64,000 nucleotides of DNA from Candidatus Saccharimonadota bacterium (GTDB lineage Bacteria > Patescibacteriota > Saccharimonadia > Saccharimonadales > UBA10212): contig JACOWW010000003.1 of the NCBI GenBank assembly GCA_016176605.1, positions 30,138-94,137 of the forward strand, read 5' to 3'. The notes beneath the pieces are model-generated. The model searched no databases, was not told the origin of the DNA, and saw only the letters and a program-made list of their open reading frames with translations. The translations under genes were made by a program, and so were the position numbers. Positions 51,993-59,030 of this stretch are shown here, in pieces. Numbering within the stretch: position 1 is the first letter of the stretch; every line of letters starts with the position of its first letter.

Positions 51993-52254
51993 TATCTTGG
52001 ATATCCTTTCTCGTTGCTCTTTCTAACAATGCGTATTCGGCTAGTGCAAGTCGAGCCTCTGGTTCGCTCATACCAGTTGCTTGCATAGCGTCGTGGATCA
52101 TATCATCTACAATTGCTTTGACATCCTCATCGGCAGCTAATTCAAAAACTATCGGTTCCGCTCCTTCGAGAACATCATCGGCAGCACCCATCACACCCCT
52201 AGCGTGAATTTCTGCTTGCTCTTGCTTATCTAGTCCAAGCTTTTCGTAACTCAT
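51976..52254 (-). CDS. Acidic hypothetical protein (92 aa) between ssb and rpsR
   Basis: ORF overlapping the rpsR start by 17 nt. No known motif. Confidence 0.4.
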   Translation of the reverse strand: MSYEKLGLDKQEQAEIHARGVMGAADDVLEGAEPIVFELAADEDVKAIVDDMIHDAMQATGMSEPEARLALAEYALLERATRKDIQDNGEDF

Positions 52255-52256
52255 GT

Positions 52257-52763
52257 TTAAAACGGGATGTCGTCTAGGTTAATTGGTTCGTCACCGATGT
52301 CTTCAATAACAACGTCTTCTTCGTCTTTCTTGCCCTCCGTAGCTTTAGCGGAGGAGGGTTTCTTAGTGCTCTTTTTGGCAGCTGCTTCGTCAGATGGTTC
52401 AGTTACAGCGGCTGGTGCCGGAGTGCCCCCGCCTGGACTACCCAGGAACGTTACATCGTTAGCTACAACTTCGACCTTGCTGCGTTTTTGGCCGTCTTGT
52501 TCCCAGCTGCGGCTTTGCAGTCGACCGCTGACTAGCGCCGGGCGACCTTTGGTTAAGTATTGGGCTACCCGTTCGCCTAGCGGACCCCAAGCCACAATAT
52601 CAATGAAGTCGGTCATTTCTTTCCATTCGCCATCGCTGCCTTTGTAGCTGCGATTTAGCGCCAGGCTAAAACCACAAACGCTCTGGCCGTTTGGCGTAGT
52701 GCGTAGTTCCGGGTCGCGTGTTAAGTTGCCCATCAGGGTTACTTGGTTAAAACTTCGTGCCAT
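52257..52763 (-). CDS. ssb: Single-stranded DNA-binding protein
   Basis: NQVTLMGNLTRDPELRTTPNG OB-fold N-terminus, disordered tail, terminal DDIPF. Confidence 0.9.
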   Translation of the reverse strand: MARSFNQVTLMGNLTRDPELRTTPNGQSVCGFSLALNRSYKGSDGEWKEMTDFIDIVAWGPLGERVAQYLTKGRPALVSGRLQSRSWEQDGQKRSKVEVVANDVTFLGSPGGGTPAPAAVTEPSDEAAAKKSTKKPSSAKATEGKKDEEDVVIEDIGDEPINLDDIPF

Positions 52764-52872
52764 TATTCGCTCCTTCCTTCGCCCGCAAAAGTTTTGGCAA
52801 AAAATTTCGGCGGGTCAGTCGCTCAAGCTGTAAGCTAAAAGTCCTTAGCTTTAAGCTTTGAGCTTTCAGCTC

Positions 52873-53523
52873 TTAGCTGTTATCTTTTATTCTACTACGT
52901 CGAGGCTTTTTAGGTTCCTCATCCTCGTCTCTATCACTGCGTCCCCGACGATACAGTCGGGGCCCCGACTCTCTATCTTCTTCATCTTCATCTGAGACGT
53001 CGGGGTTAGCCGCCACCCTAGCAGCTTTCTCCTTGGCCAGGGCTTCGGCTTTAGATTTAGCTTTCAGGTCCGGCTTGGTGATAAGAAAACGGATGATTTC
53101 ATCAGTGATATTGAAAGTCTGTTCGACCTTCTGCACACCTTCCGGTGGCATCTCCGCCGTATAAAAAACATAGACGGCGAAGTCGTTTTTGGCAATTGGA
53201 TACGCTAGCTTGCGCTTGCCCCAATTGTCGGTATTGGTAATCTTACCACCGTTATCGGTGATGATTTTTTCGACCTTGCTGGTGGCTTTTTCCAGATCAA
53301 TTTCCAGATCCGGATGGTATAACACCGCTATTTCATAGATTTGGCCCGAACTGCGCACCGCACTGGCCTGCTGGACGGCAGAGCCGCCGACTCCGCCCGT
53401 GCTTACAGGCACATTACCGCGTTGCCGGCTGCGGGGCTCATTCGTTGTACCATTTCGTACATCTTCATTACGCTCCTCACCGGCGCCTTGTACTGCACCA
53501 GTCTGCGTAGCTCGTGTATTCAT
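52873..53523 (-). CDS. rpsF: 30S ribosomal protein S6 with N- and C-terminal extensions
   Basis: Core YEIAVLYHPD...WGKRKLAYPI...AVYVFY. Start taken at the ATG at 53523, preceded by AAGGAGG. The ORF is open to 53592 but that part overlaps the promoter TTGACC-17-TATGTT. Confidence 0.8.
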   Translation of the reverse strand: MNTRATQTGAVQGAGEERNEDVRNGTTNEPRSRQRGNVPVSTGGVGGSAVQQASAVRSSGQIYEIAVLYHPDLEIDLEKATSKVEKIITDNGGKITNTDNWGKRKLAYPIAKNDFAVYVFYTAEMPPEGVQKVEQTFNITDEIIRFLITKPDLKAKSKAEALAKEKAARVAANPDVSDEDEEDRESGPRLYRRGRSDRDEDEEPKKPRRSRIKDNS

Positions 53524-53751
53524 AGAGAGCCTCCTTTGGCTTAAACCCGTACGCCTTAAAGCCACGAGTTGAGTTAATCCTTCATACAACATACACTAAA
53601 AGTTAACAGAGGTCAACCTAGTAGTAGACTTTCGCGTGGCTTTGCATAGTATCCCGACAATGTCAGGATAGTCACGAAAGTTCACTACTGGGTCAACAAA
53701 TTGCAGCATTAGCATTTTTGTGGTATTATTTACGATAGTCCTAGAGCAGAG

Positions 53752-54354
53752 ATGTTCGGACAAACTCGGTCTTTCAAAACTCAAGAGTGTGCAAAGGAGG
53801 TAAATACCTTGCGCACACGCCAGCTAAAGCAGCAAGCGGTGGCGGCCCCGAAAAGGCTATGGAGCGACAAGAAGTTGCGCCGCCACGCCCTGTTCGGCCT
53901 GGGCATCAATGCCGTAGCCTACGCCACGGTTTACCTGCTAGTTTCATCAGGAACAATGGAGTCGTGGTGGGCTAATACCACGGTTTCTAAGGGCGCAGCG
54001 CCAGTCTGGCTGACTATCAACACGCTCGCCTTGACTGGCCGCGTGATCCCGACCCGAGCAGAAACCGCCAAATGGGTGGCCTGCTGGCTGCCGTCGGCGA
54101 TGGCAGGAGCTGTTTTCCTAGCTCTTGTGATCACCCACTTCGGGCTCGGCAGCCTTGAAGCGCGAGCAGCTGTCGGGGTAGCCCTTTTTCCCTTCGACCA
54201 TCTGGTGAAGAGATTCATTATCTTCACCAGGCATGCCCGGCTGGCAAGATTCATCTTCAGGGAGTGGACCGTACTCGTCTTTGCGGGTTGCATTCTCTGG
54301 GGTCGACTACGGCCGAACAAGTGGCTAAAGCCAAGAAGGACCATAAGGGCGTGA
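53752..54354 (+). CDS. Hypothetical membrane protein (possibly GtrA-like), GC-rich
   Basis: Four hydrophobic segments. Weak family assignment. Confidence 0.35.
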   Translation: MFGQTRSFKTQECAKEVNTLRTRQLKQQAVAAPKRLWSDKKLRRHALFGLGINAVAYATVYLLVSSGTMESWWANTTVSKGAAPVWLTINTLALTGRVIPTRAETAKWVACWLPSAMAGAVFLALVITHFGLGSLEARAAVGVALFPFDHLVKRFIIFTRHARLARFIFREWTVLVFAGCILWGRLRPNKWLKPRRTIRA

Positions 54355-54398
54355 GTTCTGGTCGAGCGCAAGCTCCCGGACTCACGCCTCGCGCAATT

Positions 54399-55208
54399 TT
54401 ATTTATTTTCTTTTAGATTATCTATCATTTGAAGGGCAGCCTTAATAGCCTGCGGCGCGTCAAAAATAATATGGTCATGCCCTGCCCATCTATTGGCAAT
54501 TGACGCATAGGCATCAACATTAAGCTCCAGGTCTTCACCGTTTTCATGTACCAATTGTCCATATATTTTTTTATGGCTAAAACCTCTGTCAGCACGTGAT
54601 TGTATAACACCAACACGGACGCCGGCTTGCCGTAATTTAACCAATGTGTCGTTAATCTGAGTATTTGCAATGCCCCTCACCTCCGACAAAATTTTAGGCA
54701 TGTCTTTTGCTATATATCGACTTGAACCGCTTAAGAAATTAGAGGCAAGGACGGGATGACGTATTAAATCCCAGGTCATAACAATACCTGTTTTTAGAGC
54801 AAAACGGCCAATTAGCCTGCCGGTAGAATCTTTGCCGCTCAAACCAGCTGGAGCCTCAAAGATTAGAGTGTTGAATCTTTCTGGCGCTTGTAGGGCCGCC
54901 ATGGCGGTGGTAATTGTTCCCTCCGACTGAGTAATGGCATTGACCTTAGGTATCTTTAGTTCATCTAAAACATTAATAATATTGCCGGCTTTATGCCTAA
55001 GTTCTGAAGGATCATGCTCAACCAATACCGCTGGAGTGCCCCCGTTATAAAGCTCCCTGGCGGCACTACATATCGCTGGGTTGCCCCCGTTATAAAGCTC
55101 CCTGGCGGCACTACGTAAGTTTCCAAGCCCTACTGTGAGGATTATTAAACTGGTCTTCAAAGGTTTTTGTTTTAACTTCTTGTTCGTACATATATCGACA
55201 TTATACAC
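54399..55208 (-). CDS. Alpha/beta-hydrolase-fold protein
   Basis: PAVLVEHDP near the N-terminus, a nucleophile-elbow-like ITQSEGT, and a C-terminal GHDHI. Confidence 0.55.
   Translation of the reverse strand: MYNVDICTNKKLKQKPLKTSLIILTVGLGNLRSAARELYNGGNPAICSAARELYNGGTPAVLVEHDPSELRHKAGNIINVLDELKIPKVNAITQSEGTITTAMAALQAPERFNTLIFEAPAGLSGKDSTGRLIGRFALKTGIVMTWDLIRHPVLASNFLSGSSRYIAKDMPKILSEVRGIANTQINDTLVKLRQAGVRVGVIQSRADRGFSHKKIYGQLVHENGEDLELNVDAYASIANRWAGHDHIIFDAPQAIKAALQMIDNLKENK
55038..55114. repeat. 45-bp in-frame tandem duplication inside the hydrolase gene
   Basis: gcccccgttataaagctccctggcggcactac occurs at 55038-55069 and 55083-55114, encoding AARELYNGG twice. Confidence 0.85.
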
Positions 55209-55491
55209 TATCTTGTGCAGTATGTCAATTTCAATCTGTTGTTACCCGCCTGATATTAAGCGAGCTTCTATCTTTTTGAGGACATGTGAAGCCAAGGTTA
55301 ATGAGCGAGTCCTATGTTTCTTTGGAGCATGCGCAAACTACCCGATAGCGGATGATGTAAAACAGTCTGTCCATGGGTGCTACCGGATGTTTGACGAAGC
55401 CCCGACGATACCGTCGGGGCGAGGAGTTCCGGTGACAAAGACTGGTTTTATCATCAGACGCGTCGAGTAGTTGGAGCCGATCCAAAAAACA

Positions 55492-57666
55492 TTAGGGCGA
55501 GCGCTCTTCAGGGAAGTTTTCGTTGTAGACATCATCGCTGCTGTCACTGCCGGCTTCGCTACTTGAACCAAAGACTTGGTCTACGCTGCTAACCAAAACC
55601 TGGCGCGGGCGTGAACCTTCGGCCGGGCCGACAATGCCTTGTTCTTCCATCATATCTATGAGGCGTGAGGCCCGGCCGTAGCCAAGCCTAAGTTTACGCT
55701 GCAGCAGGCTGGTGCTGGCTTTGCCGCTATTGATCACTACCTCCACTGCTTCTTTCCAGGCCGCGTCGCTATCGCCGCTCTCGGCCGCCGATATCACCGC
55801 GCCCTTACCGGTTAACTGAACCGGCTGGCTGACAACTTCATCGTCATAAGTCGGTGGCCGCTGGGCCCGCAAAAAGTCACAAATTTTATTGGTTTCGGCA
55901 TCGGTTATGAGGGCGCCCTGCATACGCTTGGGCTTGGGATATTCCGGAATACTATAGAGCATATCACCGCGCCCCAGCAGTTTTTCGGCGCCGGCTTGAT
56001 CTATTATGGTGCGTGAATCTACTTGGCTGATAGTGGTAAAGGCGATGCGGCCGGGCACGTTGGCTTTAATTAAACCGGTAATAACATCTACGCTCGGCCG
56101 CTGGGTGGCAATTACCAAATGGATGCCGGCGGCGCGAGCTTTTTGGGCGATACGCACAACCAGCGCTTCCACGTCGCGGGCGGCCATCATCATCAGGTCT
56201 GCCAGCTCATCAATAACAATTACGACGTAGGGCATACCCTCTTCTTTTTTGACCTGGTTATATTCGGCTATGTTACGTCGGCCAATTTCGGCGAAGGCTT
56301 TAAGCCGGCGTTCCATTTCGGCGACTGCCCACTTAAGGGCGCTAATGCATTTTTCCGGCTCGTGGATAACCGGCGCCAGCAGGTGCGGAATATCTTTGTA
56401 AAGGTTCATTTCCACTTGCTTGGGATCAACCAGGATTAACTTAAGGTCTGACGGACTGTTTCTATAAAGCAAGCTGGTTAGCAGCGTGTTGATCATCACG
56501 CTTTTACCCGAGCCGGTCTGGCCGGCAATAAGTAAGTGCGGCAGGCGCTCCAAGTCGCCGACAATCGGTGTGCCGGAAATGTCTTTACCAATGGCAATGC
56601 CCAGCGGACTTTTTACAGCCTGCCATTCGCCGCTGCTTAAAATCCCATAAGCCGAAACGGTAGCCGCTTTGACATTCGGCACTTCTATGCCAACGGCCCG
56701 CTTACCGGGAATTGGCGCTTCCATGCGGATAGTGTCGGCCGCCAGATCCAGCGCCAGGTTGTTTTCCAGCGTTGTCAGGCGCGACAGCTTTACACCGTTG
56801 GGCGGCTTCAGCGTATATTGCGTTACGCGCGGGCCGACGTTGGCGCCTTCGACCGAAACATCAATATTAAAATTAGCGAACGTCTCTTTAATGACCTCAG
56901 CGTTGCCCTGCACATCTCCGGCGTCGGCCTTGTCCTGCTTGTCATCCAGCAGGCTAAGCGGCGGGAACTGCCAATCGGGATCGCTGGCGGTAGTCAGGGC
57001 GGCGTGGTCTTGCTCCGGCGCCAGTTTTTGGGCAGTGTTGCGCCAAGACGCCATGCGGGCTGAAGAATGATGTTCCACAGGTACGCCTTCGTGTAATTGG
57101 AAGGTGGGATTCATTTTGCCCTTAAGAGCGGCCAGATCTTCTACACCTTTGCCTTCGCCTTCTGGTTTTTCGCGCTTAAATAGTTCCAGCAACTTAAGCA
57201 GTGAGCGCGGGTCAATGGCAAAGGTAAATAGCAGTGCAAAAAGTGTTAGTACAAAAAAGACCAAGGACGACAAAAAATCGCCCATGGCGCCGCTAAGCGC
57301 ATCGCCCACAGCCTGCCCGACGTGGCCGCCGTGAGTAAAAGCCGTGTGCATCCAGCCGGCAAAAAAGGTCAAAAGCCCCAACACGCCAAGCATTTTGGGC
57401 AACGGGATTTGCTGATCTTCGGTCAAAAACTTCAACGAACCAAGATAAATCAAGGCAAAAGGTGCTACGATAGCGGCTATCCCAAAAGCCCACCAGCCAC
57501 CATCCCACATATCGCGCGGAATGGGGGCGTTTATAAAGGCACCAAAACCAAGTACGATACCGCCAACAATTAAAAGAACGGCGCCGACGCCGCGCCAAAA
57601 GTTAGACGAAGATTCAATTTTTTTGGAGTTTTTGGCCGGACGCCCCGGCTTTTTACGTCTTGCCAT
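55492..57666 (-). CDS. ftsK: DNA translocase FtsK/SpoIIIE
   Basis: N-terminal TM segments. AGQTGSGKSVMINTLL Walker A, VIVIDELADLMM Walker B, C-terminal winged-helix gamma domain (LLQRKLRLGYGRASRLID). Confidence 0.9.
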   Translation of the reverse strand: MARRKKPGRPAKNSKKIESSSNFWRGVGAVLLIVGGIVLGFGAFINAPIPRDMWDGGWWAFGIAAIVAPFALIYLGSLKFLTEDQQIPLPKMLGVLGLLTFFAGWMHTAFTHGGHVGQAVGDALSGAMGDFLSSLVFFVLTLFALLFTFAIDPRSLLKLLELFKREKPEGEGKGVEDLAALKGKMNPTFQLHEGVPVEHHSSARMASWRNTAQKLAPEQDHAALTTASDPDWQFPPLSLLDDKQDKADAGDVQGNAEVIKETFANFNIDVSVEGANVGPRVTQYTLKPPNGVKLSRLTTLENNLALDLAADTIRMEAPIPGKRAVGIEVPNVKAATVSAYGILSSGEWQAVKSPLGIAIGKDISGTPIVGDLERLPHLLIAGQTGSGKSVMINTLLTSLLYRNSPSDLKLILVDPKQVEMNLYKDIPHLLAPVIHEPEKCISALKWAVAEMERRLKAFAEIGRRNIAEYNQVKKEEGMPYVVIVIDELADLMMMAARDVEALVVRIAQKARAAGIHLVIATQRPSVDVITGLIKANVPGRIAFTTISQVDSRTIIDQAGAEKLLGRGDMLYSIPEYPKPKRMQGALITDAETNKICDFLRAQRPPTYDDEVVSQPVQLTGKGAVISAAESGDSDAAWKEAVEVVINSGKASTSLLQRKLRLGYGRASRLIDMMEEQGIVGPAEGSRPRQVLVSSVDQVFGSSSEAGSDSSDDVYNENFPEERSP

Positions 57667-57768
57667 AACAGATATATCCTATCAGCTTAACCGCTATAGT
57701 ACTAGGCTCAGCTAATGTTGTAATTATAACACTCCGCGCCGCTACTGTCAAGTGCGATAGGGGGGAAA

Positions 57769-58068
57769 CTAAGCTGCTCGTGAAGATAATCCGATTATGT
57801 CTTCAAACGGATAACCGGCTTGCTGTGTATATATACTCGGGTGTTCTTCAACCCCTACAGCCTTTTCAGGAGGAATCTTGAATAAGGTCGGTTCATCACC
57901 GACATGTAAATAAACCACATCAACTCCGCCTTCTTTTCTCCAAAGAAGAGTGGCGACACCCTTTTCAGTCGGCAGTTTCGCTATCTCTTTTAGTCCAGCG
58001 GCATGTTCCACCAACTCCAAAGAGGGCGGAACGTTAATTTTTGACCGCGTTTTTTGGACTTCGCTCAT
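57769..58068 (-). CDS. Hypothetical protein (99 aa)
   Basis: ORF downstream of a consensus promoter. Confidence 0.45.
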   Translation of the reverse strand: MSEVQKTRSKINVPPSLELVEHAAGLKEIAKLPTEKGVATLLWRKEGGVDVVYLHVGDEPTLFKIPPEKAVGVEEHPSIYTQQAGYPFEDIIGLSSRAA

Positions 58069-58118
58069 TTTGCGTTGACCTTTGTTTTCAGTCTTTATTT
58101 TAATAACTGAATATTCTT

Positions 58119-58146
58119 ATTATACTCTCTTTATCCCCAATGTCAA
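58119..58146 (-). promoter_or_regulatory. Consensus sigma70-type promoter
   Basis: The minus strand reads TTGACA (58146-58141), 16-nt spacer, TATAAT (58124-58119). Confidence 0.7.
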
Positions 58147-58169
58147 GCGCAAGAAACCCAAAATTTTCT

Positions 58170-58740
58170 TCGAAAATTAAATTGCCGGCGGCAAGCCTTG
58201 GGAAGACTTACCAACCGGCTGTGCGCGAATTTGTCTCACTGGACAATTTTATTCGCGCCTTGCCCGCCTACGGCGGGCGACCTAGCTTAAGTGCCAGGAA
58301 TTTTAGGGAGTCTGCACGCTAGCTCGGTCGCTTGCAGATCTCCCTGCCCATACCCTCGTCCGATGAACAGGATGTGGCAATCCTTTAATCATCATCGGAG
58401 TCATCGGAGTCGCCGTTGTGGTTTTACGGTTCTCCCCTCGCAAGCGAGGATCCTTGAAACCAACCTGGCGCCGAGCCGTATTCGCTTCCGTCGGCTGGCG
58501 GAACACGCTTGAGTCCCAGGATCTCCATCTCCGGACCGCAGTCAGAGCTAGGAGGACTCAAGATTATCTGCGACGAGGTGCGGCGCAAAACGCCACCGCT
58601 TCGCCCCTAGCACAGGCCGAAGCCCCCGCCGCAGATTTTTTTGGGCCGAAGCCCGGAAAATGCGGGTTCGGCCCCGCCCAGGAGACATCAACTCGACGCC
58701 CCCAAAGGACGAACCCGCTCTGGTGATCTCACAACTTATG
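58170..58740 (-). ncRNA. Unclassified GC-rich, hairpin-dense non-coding segment (candidate structured RNA; strand inferred)
   Basis: No credible ORF. On the minus strand there are two C(UUCG)G tetraloop hairpins (GGGCUUCGGCCC, GGCUUCGGCC), a CUUG-loop hairpin and GCCCGCC-GUA-GGCGGGC. There are also a 9-bp helix CUUGAGUCC/GGACUCAAG and a 6-bp helix UCUGCG/CGCAGA. It ends in a hairpin followed by a U-rich tract near 58175. Confidence 0.3.
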
Positions 58741-59028
58741 AGATCGTGACGATCCGCCTATGGCAGACCGGGTACTACCCCACAAGATATTTCTGAATAT
58801 ACCCCTCTCTTTACCAAGCTGCAACTTGTCTTTAATTTTTAAGCCATAGAGTAACCAAATTAAAGCTGCTATAGCAAAAAGCGACCAACTTAGTACTGAA
58901 ACACCTTCGCTTTTGTGTCTAATCCAAATTTCGTAGATCTGCGGGAAAGTAGATAACGGCTCCGCAACGGCAACAACCAATACACCCCTCTTGACAGGAA
59001 ATCTTTTAAGTATGTCGACCGGTTTCAT
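58729..59028 (-). CDS. PQ-loop/SemiSWEET-like protein, apparently lacking the third TM helix
   Basis: STFPQIYEIWIRHKSEGVSVLSW..ALIWLLYGLKIKD matches the PQ-loop pattern. The last ~25 aa are hydrophilic read-through into the GC-rich segment. Confidence 0.45.
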   Translation of the reverse strand: MKPVDILKRFPVKRGVLVVAVAEPLSTFPQIYEIWIRHKSEGVSVLSWSLFAIAALIWLLYGLKIKDKLQLGKERGIFRNILWGSTRSAIGGSSRSHKL

Positions 59029-59030
59029 GC

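Noticed and set aside
53358-53360. GTG at 53358 as the rpsF start (which would remove the N-terminal extension)
   Set aside because: It is possible, but no SD precedes it, whereas the ATG at 53523 has AAGGAGG at ideal spacing. It is noted as an uncertainty rather than adopted.
58140-58726. Four short ORFs (60-102 aa) in the GC-rich segment as protein genes
   Set aside because: They overlap one another in different frames, are Arg/Pro/Ala-rich as expected from random GC-rich DNA, and have no SD or motif. The region is better explained as RNA or a decayed insert.
58170-58740. Calling the GC-rich segment tmRNA, RNase P RNA, SRP RNA or a group II intron
   Set aside because: A minus-strand GGGGGCGUCGAG and an A-rich run before GCG GCG look superficially like a tmRNA 5' end and resume site, but there is no T-arm (UUCGA) or acceptor/CCA partner. 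The implied tag ends in RRR and lies inside stable hairpins. No GGAAAGUCC/ACAGAA..GGCUUA (RNase P P4) was found. GGUCCGGAGAUGGAG only loosely resembles SRP helix 8. GAGCCGUAU lacks the domain V partner strand. The segment is left unclassified.
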